A DNA stretch of 64,000 nt from NCBI RefSeq assembly GCF_032482015.1, contig NZ_JAWERR010000004.1; one strand, given 5' to 3'. The translations under genes were made by a program, and so were the position numbers. Under the pieces are notes generated by a model. It did not search any database. It had not been told where the DNA came from and saw only the letters and a program-made list of their open reading frames with translations. Shown piece by piece: positions 17,334-25,687 of the stretch (positions are counted from its first letter, which is position 1; every line of letters begins with the position of its first letter). The stretch is from Finegoldia magna. GTDB lineage: Bacteria > Bacillota > Clostridia > Tissierellales > Peptoniphilaceae.

Positions 17334-19586
17334 TTACTTTAACTCAATTTTCTTATATATTATGTCTAGTTCATTCAATAATTGCTCATCTCTATTTTGA
17401 CAAGAAAAAAGTATTATTTGATTACTATTTGAGATTTTAAATAACAAATCCAGACATTTCTTATATCTTACATCATCTAATTGAACAAAACAATCATCTA
17501 GTATCATCAAATAATCAAGACCCATTAATTCTTCAAGCACACTTATTCTAATAAAAACAGAAAGTAAGTCAAATGTTCCAGAACTTAAATGTTTTTGTTC
17601 GTAAAATTTTACTCCATCATAAATGCTAACATCTAAATTTTCATCAACTCTGAATCTATCCTTGTATTTAGTTGAATAAGCCATCATTTCTGAAACCTTC
17701 TTGTTAATTCTAGGTATAAAATTTTTGTGTAGTTTATTTATGCTTTTATTGATCAAATCCATAGCCAATTCTATAGATGTAATTTCATTTTCGTATTTTT
17801 GAATATTATCATTGATATCTGCTAATCTTTCTTCTTTTTCCAATAGAAGATTTACAGATTTTTCAAGTATTTTTGTCCTTTCAAATAATTTCGCATTTTC
17901 TTCAATAGATTCGTCAATTTCTTTATTAAGTAATTTGATATCTTTTATATCATTATCCTCAAGTTTTATTGAATCTGAATTAATATCTTCTAATAAAATA
18001 CTAAAATCATATTCAGATGATATCTTTTGAAGTTGATCATCTTTATCTGAAATTCTATCAATCAATTGATCATACTCTATTTTTTTTCTTCTATAATCTT
18101 CAACATCTATGTTCTTCAAATTTCTTGATGACGATAAAATATTGTTAATCTTTGACTTGGAACTTTCATCTTCATTTATAATAGAATCTAGTCTTGAATC
18201 AATATCTTGGAGTTGTCCCTCAAGTTTGTTTAAATAATCAATGCTTTTCTCCATATTTGAGTCATATCTAAAATCATTAATTATTTCATTGTAGCTTTTG
18301 TATCTCATATTATTAATTTGATTAATCTTTTGCACAATCTTATTTAATTGACGATTGTATGATAATTTCTGAAATTTATTGGATATACTAACTAAAATAT
18401 AATAAATAACAAATAATACAGGAGCAATAACTATTTCTTTTGTATACCCCATCATATAGATCATTCCAGCAACAATTATTGTAAATATAATTCCAATAAT
18501 TGATAGTTTGATTTTTAATTTAGAAATTCCATTTAATTTTTCAATTAAATTATTCATCTCATCAATATAATCTATTATAGTTTCATAATTGCTAAGTTTT
18601 GCTTTTAATTGGTAATAGTCCTTACTTAATAATTTCTTTTCCTTCGATAACTCATTAAATGTAATTCTATTATCGTTTAATAATTTATTTTGATATTCCA
18701 AATTATTAACATCATCTTCGTCAATGTCATTGATGTATTTAATCTTTGATACTCTGTCTAATAAACTTGCTTTTTCTTTTAAAATCTGCATTTTATAGTT
18801 TTTTGCATCTTCTATTTTTTCTATATCGTTCTTCTTGTGCAAATTAGCTAATTTTTCTTTATTTAGAAGCAGTTTTTCGTGTCTAAGTTTGTACTCATTT
18901 AGCTTATTTAAACTATCTTCATATTCTTTTTTGTCTTTATTAATATTTTTGATTTCATTTTCTAAATCAAACTTTTTTTGATATAAACTCCCCAAAGGTT
19001 TTGCCTTAGATTGTTTAGTCCCAATATTTGATTTCATCTTTTCCAGATTATCTAGTGCTTTTTTAAATGAAACAGAATCATTATTGCTATCTGATGAATT
19101 CAATAGCATATCAACAATAGAACTTACATTCTTATCTTCTGCATCTAATTCTTTTAAATTTGAAAAAACAGTTGATTTGAAGATATCTGAAGGCATTTTA
19201 AAAAAGTATTCACCCGGAAATGATAAATTATCTTGATTAAAACCATCTAAATCAGTTTCGTTATTACCAGTAGTTTCATTGAAAATATTAAAATATTTTT
19301 CTTTAAAATTACGATAAATTACATATCTCTTATTATCTTTCTCCACTAAAATACTGCCCTCATAGTTTTCACTATTCCAAGGGCGATATTTTTCGTAGTC
19401 TTCAGTAAATATAGTTCTCTTTAGATAAGGTTTAACAAATCCATAAAATACACCTTCTATAAATTTGGATATAGTGGTCTTTCCTGACTCATTTAACCCG
19501 TAAATTAGATTAAATTTGTCTCCAAATTCTATTGTGTAATTATTAAATCTGCCAAATGATATCAAATCTAATCTAATAATTTTCAT
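17334..19586 (-). CDS. SbcC/Rad50-like AAA ATPase (YhaN/SbcE-like) with central transmembrane hairpin
   Basis: 750 aa. Walker A GLNESGKTT, long heptad-rich K/E/N regions, two hydrophobic helices at residues about 357-403, C-terminal signature LSSGTFDL and Walker B LMILDD. Confidence 0.85.
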   Translation of the reverse strand: MKIIRLDLISFGRFNNYTIEFGDKFNLIYGLNESGKTTISKFIEGVFYGFVKPYLKRTIFTEDYEKYRPWNSENYEGSILVEKDNKRYVIYRNFKEKYFNIFNETTGNNETDLDGFNQDNLSFPGEYFFKMPSDIFKSTVFSNLKELDAEDKNVSSIVDMLLNSSDSNNDSVSFKKALDNLEKMKSNIGTKQSKAKPLGSLYQKKFDLENEIKNINKDKKEYEDSLNKLNEYKLRHEKLLLNKEKLANLHKKNDIEKIEDAKNYKMQILKEKASLLDRVSKIKYINDIDEDDVNNLEYQNKLLNDNRITFNELSKEKKLLSKDYYQLKAKLSNYETIIDYIDEMNNLIEKLNGISKLKIKLSIIGIIFTIIVAGMIYMMGYTKEIVIAPVLFVIYYILVSISNKFQKLSYNRQLNKIVQKINQINNMRYKSYNEIINDFRYDSNMEKSIDYLNKLEGQLQDIDSRLDSIINEDESSKSKINNILSSSRNLKNIDVEDYRRKKIEYDQLIDRISDKDDQLQKISSEYDFSILLEDINSDSIKLEDNDIKDIKLLNKEIDESIEENAKLFERTKILEKSVNLLLEKEERLADINDNIQKYENEITSIELAMDLINKSINKLHKNFIPRINKKVSEMMAYSTKYKDRFRVDENLDVSIYDGVKFYEQKHLSSGTFDLLSVFIRISVLEELMGLDYLMILDDCFVQLDDVRYKKCLDLLFKISNSNQIILFSCQNRDEQLLNELDIIYKKIELK

Positions 19587-20659
19587 AAATTATTCTCCAT
19601 TAAGGACTTAATTCCTAAATTAATTGCTCTTTTAACCACAGGATCTTCTTGATTCAAGTTTTTTGTTTCCTCAATAAAATAACCCAACACATTATTTCTG
19701 TTAAATTCATAAATTTTATCCAAATTTATATTAGATTCTGTGTTGTCAATTATTTCTACATATTCACAATATTTTTTTAAACTTTCTTGTAAAGAATCTA
19801 TATCCAGATCAAACCCTTCCTCTAATTGTCCCTTTAAATTAATTCTAATGTAATTTTTCTTATCTTCAACTAAACATTTCGACAATGAACCTACCAAATC
19901 GTAATAACTAAATTTATCTGATATATTATAGTCAAATTCATTGAAGTTTGATTCAGAACAATCTAAAAAATCGATGTCAAGTCTATTATCAACTATACTT
20001 CCAAGAACAGCACCATGCATCCCCTTTTCTTTAAAACTCAATGGTTCAATAGAACCTGGATACACAAATTTATCATTAAAAATAGTCGGTTTATGTATAT
20101 GGCCTAAAGCCACATAATCAAAACCCAAATTATTCACTTTATCTTGATCAAAAAACATATAACAATTGTTTTCGTTTAATAAATCAGAATGAATCATTAA
20201 AACATTAGTTTTTAATTTGTCCAGTTTCAAATCATCAAAAATGTTCATAAAATCGTAGTTGTTTTTATTGTAACTTATCCCATAAACATCAGTGTCATCA
20301 AATTCTATTTTTTCAAGAGTATCCTTTTTGAAAATATTCAAATTATCACTAATATTTACCATGTCCCATAAATTATCTTTATAGATATGGTCGTGATTCC
20401 CCCCTATAATGCAAATTTGTGAATTTGTTCTAGAAAATAGATCAATTAAACGATTCATATCACTTAGGCTAAAATTTTCCAAATTATACAAATCTCCAGA
20501 CAGAAAAATATAATCTACATTTTCATCAATACTATATTTGATTAATTTTTCAACAGATGTCCAAATTCTTTGTCTTCTAATTTTAGACAAAGATTGTGGA
20601 ATTGAAGATTTTTCAAATTTCATGCCTAAGTGAAAATCAGCTGAATGTATGAACTTCAA
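19583..20659 (-). CDS. SbcD/Mre11-like DNA repair exonuclease (YhaO/SbcF-like)
   Basis: 358 aa. TTG start giving MKFIHSADFHLG. GDLYN, GGNHDH, LGHIHKP. 4-nt overlap with the ATPase gene. Confidence 0.85.
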   Translation of the reverse strand: MKFIHSADFHLGMKFEKSSIPQSLSKIRRQRIWTSVEKLIKYSIDENVDYIFLSGDLYNLENFSLSDMNRLIDLFSRTNSQICIIGGNHDHIYKDNLWDMVNISDNLNIFKKDTLEKIEFDDTDVYGISYNKNNYDFMNIFDDLKLDKLKTNVLMIHSDLLNENNCYMFFDQDKVNNLGFDYVALGHIHKPTIFNDKFVYPGSIEPLSFKEKGMHGAVLGSIVDNRLDIDFLDCSESNFNEFDYNISDKFSYYDLVGSLSKCLVEDKKNYIRINLKGQLEEGFDLDIDSLQESLKKYCEYVEIIDNTESNINLDKIYEFNRNNVLGYFIEETKNLNQEDPVVKRAINLGIKSLMENNL

Positions 20660-20667
20660 AATTTATC

Positions 20668-20907
20668 CTACTTTTCTGAATCCAATTGTTTTAATTCATC
20701 TTCTATTAATGCATGTAATACTCTTAATTCTTCTTCTGTGAATGTAAGACCCTTACTCATTCTTGAATGATCAGGATTCCATTCTCTAATATCGTATTTT
20801 GCATCGTAATCAGACCATTTTACAATATTTAATTCCTTATTCCAATTGTTAGCTTTTGTGGATAAAACTCCAATTCTTTCTACTATTTCAAATTTTAAAT
20901 CAGCCAT
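20668..20907 (-). CDS. YdbC-like PC4-type ssDNA-binding protein
   Basis: ATG 20907 follows GGAGGT (MADLKFEIVERIGVLS...WNKELNIVKWSDYDAKYDIREWNPDH..MSKGLTFTEEE). From memory this closely resembles Lactococcus YdbC. The track ORF starts 12 nt further upstream. Confidence 0.75.
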   Translation of the reverse strand: MADLKFEIVERIGVLSTKANNWNKELNIVKWSDYDAKYDIREWNPDHSRMSKGLTFTEEELRVLHALIEDELKQLDSEK

Positions 20908-20998
20908 AATTACCTCCATTTTTATAAATATATTATAGCATTATTTTAAAATATGCAAATATATGTTTTTGTGTTAGAATATCATAGAGGTGAAATTC

Positions 20999-21094
20999 AT
21001 GAAAAAACAAAAATTAGCTCAAGTTGTAGCAATTATTTTAGTAGCAATGATGGTTGCTCCATTTATACTAAATGTAATAATGAACATGAGATAA
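20999..21094 (+). CDS. 31-aa hydrophobic small protein (not in ORF track)
   Basis: ATG 20999 lies 7 nt after AGAGGTGA. MKKQKLAQVVAIILVAMMVAPFILNVIMNMR has one TM helix with a basic N-terminus. Its stop is 1 nt before the recX ATG. An extended -10 TGtTAGAAT lies upstream. Confidence 0.5.
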   Translation: MKKQKLAQVVAIILVAMMVAPFILNVIMNMR

Positions 21095-21095
21095 A

Positions 21096-21713
21096 ATGAT
21101 AATCAAAAATATTGAGTTCAATGATAAAAAAGATAAGTTCGTAATTGAGACTGATACAAAAGAAAGTTTTTTACTAAGTTATAATGATTTTGAAAGATAT
21201 AAAATTCATAACGAAATGACAATAGATGATGAACTATATACCCATTTATTGAATATCTCAAAATTTACAGAAGCTTTTGAAATCAGCCTTAATTTTTTAT
21301 CATATAAATTACGAACTGAAAAAGAAATAACGACAAAATTAAAATCAAAAAAATTTAGTTCTGAAATTATTGAAGACGTTATAGAAAAATTAAAAAACCT
21401 AGATTTACTAGACGATTATAACTATGCAAAGATATTTATCAACGATAAAATTAATCTAACAAATTACAGTAAAAAAAGAATAATCAATGATTTATACCAA
21501 AAAGGTATTGATAAAAGAATTTATGAAGATTATTTGGAAGATGTCTTTGGATATAATATGGAATTAGACAAAGCAACTCAAATAGTTGAAACTAAAATCA
21601 ACATTTGGAAAGAAAAACATGAAGGCTATGATCTAAAGAATAAAATAGTTACTTTCTTGCTGCAAAAAGGTTTCAGCTATGATGTTGCGAAACAAGTAAG
21701 TGGTATGTATTAA
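21096..21713 (+). CDS. recX: RecA regulator RecX
   Basis: 205 aa. Three-repeat helical pattern (LSYKLRTEKEITTKL..., IEDVIEKLKNLDLLDDYNYAK, KRIINDLYQKGI). Confidence 0.85.
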   Translation: MIIKNIEFNDKKDKFVIETDTKESFLLSYNDFERYKIHNEMTIDDELYTHLLNISKFTEAFEISLNFLSYKLRTEKEITTKLKSKKFSSEIIEDVIEKLKNLDLLDDYNYAKIFINDKINLTNYSKKRIINDLYQKGIDKRIYEDYLEDVFGYNMELDKATQIVETKINIWKEKHEGYDLKNKIVTFLLQKGFSYDVAKQVSGMY

Positions 21714-21988
21714 TGTATTATCTATATATTTTAGAATGTGCTGATAAAAGTTTATATACAGGTATTACCAATGATTTTTTAAAAAGAATTAAAATGCACA
21801 ATAAAGGTAAAGCCAGTAAATATACAAGGGCAAGGCTTCCTGTAAACTATGTTTTTATGAAAAGAATTGATAATAAAAGTGATGCATTAAAATTAGAAAT
21901 TAAAACAAAAAGTCTAACTCGTGATAAAAAGTTAAAACTAATAAATTCAAATGAAAACGAAATTAATACCATATTAAAAAAAGCTTAA
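21713..21988 (+). CDS. GIY-YIG nuclease family protein (UPF0213/YazA-like)
   Basis: 91 aa. YYLYILECADKSLYTGITNDFLKRIKMHN. ATG overlaps the recX stop (TAATG). Confidence 0.88.
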   Translation: MYYLYILECADKSLYTGITNDFLKRIKMHNKGKASKYTRARLPVNYVFMKRIDNKSDALKLEIKTKSLTRDKKLKLINSNENEINTILKKA

Positions 21989-22016
21989 GTATGATATAAA
22001 TCAACTTAAGCTTTTT
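21978..22016. terminator. bidirectional terminator between the GIY-YIG gene and rplT
   Basis: 13-bp stem AAAAAGCTTAAGT / ACTTAAGCTTTTT with a 13-nt loop. A/T runs on both sides. Confidence 0.75.
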
Positions 22017-22019
22017 ATT

Positions 22020-22373
22020 TTATAAATTGTTTTTTGCTAATTCAACTAATTTAGCGAATTCTTTTTCATCTCTAACAGCCATGTCAGCAAGAACTTTTCT
22101 GTTCAAGTCAACACCAGCTACTTTTAATCCGTGCATAAATTTGCTGTAGCTTAAATCGTGCATTCTTGTAGCTGCATTAATTCTAGCAATCCATAATTTT
22201 CTGAAATCTCTTTTTCTTCTTTTTCTTCCAACGTATGAATAAGCTAATGATTTCATTACAGCTTGGTTAGCTGTTTTGAATAATGTATGTTTTGAGCCGT
22301 AATATCCTTTAGCTTGTTTTAATATTTTTTTATGTCTTTTTCTATTATTTGTACCACGTTTAATTCTAGCCAT
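22020..22373 (-). CDS. rplT: 50S ribosomal protein L20
   Basis: 117 aa. [18 protein letters not shown]... Confidence 0.97.
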   Translation of the reverse strand: MARIKRGTNNRKRHKKILKQAKGYYGSKHTLFKTANQAVMKSLAYSYVGRKRRKRDFRKLWIARINAATRMHDLSYSKFMHGLKVAGVDLNRKVLADMAVRDEKEFAKLVELAKNNL

Positions 22374-22391
22374 TTATATTTCCCCCTCTAA

Positions 22392-22583
22392 CTAAGGAAT
22401 CATTTTATCGATTCTTCTCATATCTGCATCGCTAACTGTTGTACCTTTTCTTAAGTTTCTAATTCTCTTTGCAGATTTCTTACCTGTTAAGTGACTTGCA
22501 TAAGCTTTATATCTTCTTAACTTACCTGTACCAGTTCTTCTAAATCTCTTAGCAGAACCTCTATGTGTCTTCATTTTTGGCAT
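22392..22583 (-). CDS. rpmI: 50S ribosomal protein L35
   Basis: 63 aa. [14 protein letters not shown]. Confidence 0.97.
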   Translation of the reverse strand: MPKMKTHRGSAKRFRRTGTGKLRRYKAYASHLTGKKSAKRIRNLRKGTTVSDADMRRIDKMIP

Positions 22584-22596
22584 ATTATTTCCCCCT

Positions 22597-23115
22597 CTAA
22601 TTTTCTTTATCAGTCAAAGGACCCATAAACATTATCATCATTCTACCTTCCATGGAAGGTTTCTTTTCTATTTGTCCTACATCTTTTGTTAATTCATAAA
22701 ATTTATCAAGAACTTCCTTACCCAAATCTTTATGACCAAGTTCTCTACCTCTAAATCTAACAGAAACTTTTACTCTGTTTTCATTGCTTAAAAACTTGGA
22801 TGCTTGATTAGCCTTAACTTCTAAATCGTGTTTTTCAATATTTGGTGAAAGTCTTATTTCTTTTACGTTAATTACTTTTTGATTTTTCTTCGCTTCTTTT
22901 TCTTTCTTTAATGCATCATATTTGTATTTTCCATAATCTAATATTTTGCATACGGGTGGCTTAGCATTTGGTGCTACATTTACCAAATCTAAATGCTTAT
23001 CTTCAGCCATTTTCAAAGCTTCTTTAATAGGAATTACACCTATTTGTTCACCTTCGTCATCGATTAATCTAACTTTAGAAGATCTTATCTCCTCATTAAT
23101 CATTAAGTCTTTTAT
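22597..23115 (-). CDS. infC: translation initiation factor IF-3 (probable non-ATG start)
   Basis: Conserved IF-3 sequence ([22 protein letters not shown]...). The track ORF to 23175 runs through the leader terminator. SD GGAGGTG (23128..23122) sits 6 nt before in-frame ATA 23115, while ATG 23103 is 18 nt from the SD. Confidence 0.85.
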   Translation of the reverse strand: MKDLMINEEIRSSKVRLIDDEGEQIGVIPIKEALKMAEDKHLDLVNVAPNAKPPVCKILDYGKYKYDALKKEKEAKKNQKVINVKEIRLSPNIEKHDLEVKANQASKFLSNENRVKVSVRFRGRELGHKDLGKEVLDKFYELTKDVGQIEKKPSMEGRMMIMFMGPLTDKEN

Positions 23116-23240
23116 ATTATTCACCTCCAAAAAAATAATGGCGGGTAAAAATACCCGCCAAAAATTAATAATCAAATTAAATTTTAACCTTATGAATTCG
23201 AAATTATAAGGTGAGAGCGGATATCTCTACTTATTAACAA
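23116..23240 (-). promoter_or_regulatory. L20-type ribosomal-protein leader with attenuator terminator
   Basis: About 125-nt leader between promoter and SD. Hairpin CCTTAT..ATAAGG, then GGCGGGT-ATTTTT-ACCCGCC (23159..23140) followed by ATTATTTTTTT directly abutting the SD. The position matches the Firmicutes infC-rpmI-rplT attenuator. Confidence 0.6.
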
Positions 23241-23245
23241 CAAAT

Positions 23246-23274
23246 ATTGTATACTATGTTGAACATTTTGTCAA
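23246..23274 (-). promoter_or_regulatory. sigma-A type promoter of infC-rpmI-rplT
   Basis: Minus strand TTGACA (23274..23269), 17 nt spacer, TACAAT (23251..23246). Confidence 0.6.
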
Positions 23275-25677
23275 CTATTTTTTCTTTGAATTTACAACAT
23301 TAATTAAAATATATGGTAAATTAAAGTCTGAAGTATATGCTATATATTTATTCGACCAGTTGGGCTTAAATTTATCTTTGTAATTTCTTAAACCTTTAAA
23401 ATTATAAATCTTATTTTGAGTATTGTAAACAATATTTAGAATTTTTTCCTTCTTCTTTGAATAAATTTTATCTCCAACTTTAGATAAAGGTGCCATGCCT
23501 AGGTAGAATTTTTCAAAATTATTTTCTTGTCCCCATAAAATTAACTTAATAAATATAAAATCCATCAACCCATCTTCATTTGATCTATCATATCTCATTA
23601 AATCTATAGAAAGTGTTTTATCATCATAAAAAGGCTGAAGATTTGCAAAAGCGAGTAATTCATCGCCTTTATAAATACACGCAATTTTTGTTCTTTTTAG
23701 ATAATATTCGTCAAAAAATCCTAAACTAAATCCCATTTCATTTTTATTTCCTAGCCATTTATCTGAAATAATTTTCATTTGAGTTAATAGGTTATCGGTT
23801 GGATCTTCAACTTTGAATTCATAATTTCCTTTATCGAAGTTATTAAGAACATGTCGCCAAGTTCTATTTTTCTTTCCCACTAAAGAAAATTGAGTTAAGT
23901 CTACAGTTGCGTCTTGTCCAACTTTAACGAATCTAAAACCTTGATCACAGTATAATTCTAGATTTTCTCCATTTATTTCATAAAAACAAACATTCATGTG
24001 ATATTCATTGCAATAAACTATAAAATCATCAATTGCTTCAACGAAATTTTCTTTCTTACCTATAGGATCGCCTAATACGATAACGCTGTTTTTTACCGGG
24101 CGATACATTATCATTACAGTATTTGTCTTGTCAAAATACACATTTTTATCATTCAAATAAACTAAATGACTAAACTCATTTCCACCAAATTCTTCCAAGA
24201 ATTTATCAATTCTATCAAAATCCTCATCTGTTAATTTTGTAAATGTGATCTTCTTAGTTCTTGTATATTGAGCAAGATAAGATAATATCAAAACGAATAA
24301 AACATATAGAAGTATAAATCTCTTGTTTTCAACCAAATAATTTAGAGAATACTTTCGATGTGATGTCAGAAAATTTACCTTATGAACAGTATTGCTAATA
24401 AATATAAATAATACTGTGACAACTGATAATTTACCTATAGTATTTATAAAATATTTTGGCTTGATTTTGATAGCTTGTTCTGTAAAGCCATCTTTCATAA
24501 TATACATTACAATTCCCAATACTAAGGTAATAATCGATTCTTCAATGTCTAATCCTTTTAATAATGTTGAAAATACTGAAACAATTAATACTGCTTCTGC
24601 TATATAAAAAGATTTTTTAACCGATTTTTTTATTCCTTGTGAAAGAAGTATTAGTAACCCACCTGATGTAAGAGTTATAAATCTAGCCAAAATCACTACA
24701 TCTTTCTTAACAAATCTCCTTAAAAATTTTATTCTTAATAACATTGATGGAGTAGCAACGCTTAAACATAAAATCAATCCAACAATCAGAGTAAAAATCG
24801 ATAGAATATTAAAGGCAAATTGTTTCTTATAGTGATCAGTATTGTAATTATCATAAATTTTTCTTAATATCATAATTAAAGAAATTATCCATGGAATAAC
24901 ACTACTTACAATTCTGTATATAAGGAAAGCAATTATCGCTGCTCTAGGTTCAATCAATTTGCATAAAAAGTGTATTTCTATTAAATCTGATACAACGAAT
25001 CCATCTTGCATCAAGCTAACTTGCCCAAAAACATTAGAAACACAATAAATAAGCACCAAACTTGAAATATTTACATTAGTAAATTGTTTTATCACAAAAA
25101 CGAAAAATAATATATTACATACTGTAACAACAGTTTCATAAGCTACTGATAAAATTTTTCTTTTCACTGTTATATTATCTTTCACAACAAAATCTAAATA
25201 ATATGGACATTTGTTTTTAAAATAAATAACACAAATACCAATAACCAATATTACTAAATAAATCAAAAATAGTGTCCATTCTGGTTTCATTAAAAATATC
25301 GTGAATATACTAATTAAAGATAAAGCAATAAAATTAGAAATATTTTTGTTTAAGTTCTGATCCTTATACTCATCTTCACCGATAAATACTGATTCAATTC
25401 CCTTTATCCATACAAATTTTCTTAATGATTCTAGAACCCAATACTTTTTTATATCCTTGAATTTAAAATTTTTATTATATAAAAAATAGGAAATTGATGA
25501 AATAAGAAATACTAAAAGCCCAAATAATACAATTTGTGATTTTTGACCAATACTCAAAAAAATCTTATATTTAAAAATGTGATTAGGTGATATAAAATTG
25601 TTCCTTACAATATATAAGACAATAATTGTGAATATTATAGTGTATGTTGTCCTAATATATTTTAGTTTTTTGTCCAT
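23275..25677 (-). CDS. mprF: phosphatidylglycerol lysyltransferase (MprF: flippase + aminoacyl-PG synthase)
   Basis: About 800 aa. A polytopic N-terminal half and a C-terminal DUF2156-type synthase domain. ATG 25677 follows AAAGGGGGA; the track start 25731 overlaps the upstream gene. Confidence 0.85.
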   Translation of the reverse strand: MDKKLKYIRTTYTIIFTIIVLYIVRNNFISPNHIFKYKIFLSIGQKSQIVLFGLLVFLISSISYFLYNKNFKFKDIKKYWVLESLRKFVWIKGIESVFIGEDEYKDQNLNKNISNFIALSLISIFTIFLMKPEWTLFLIYLVILVIGICVIYFKNKCPYYLDFVVKDNITVKRKILSVAYETVVTVCNILFFVFVIKQFTNVNISSLVLIYCVSNVFGQVSLMQDGFVVSDLIEIHFLCKLIEPRAAIIAFLIYRIVSSVIPWIISLIMILRKIYDNYNTDHYKKQFAFNILSIFTLIVGLILCLSVATPSMLLRIKFLRRFVKKDVVILARFITLTSGGLLILLSQGIKKSVKKSFYIAEAVLIVSVFSTLLKGLDIEESIITLVLGIVMYIMKDGFTEQAIKIKPKYFINTIGKLSVVTVLFIFISNTVHKVNFLTSHRKYSLNYLVENKRFILLYVLFVLILSYLAQYTRTKKITFTKLTDEDFDRIDKFLEEFGGNEFSHLVYLNDKNVYFDKTNTVMIMYRPVKNSVIVLGDPIGKKENFVEAIDDFIVYCNEYHMNVCFYEINGENLELYCDQGFRFVKVGQDATVDLTQFSLVGKKNRTWRHVLNNFDKGNYEFKVEDPTDNLLTQMKIISDKWLGNKNEMGFSLGFFDEYYLKRTKIACIYKGDELLAFANLQPFYDDKTLSIDLMRYDRSNEDGLMDFIFIKLILWGQENNFEKFYLGMAPLSKVGDKIYSKKKEKILNIVYNTQNKIYNFKGLRNYKDKFKPNWSNKYIAYTSDFNLPYILINVVNSKKK

Positions 25678-25687
25678 TAATCCCCCT

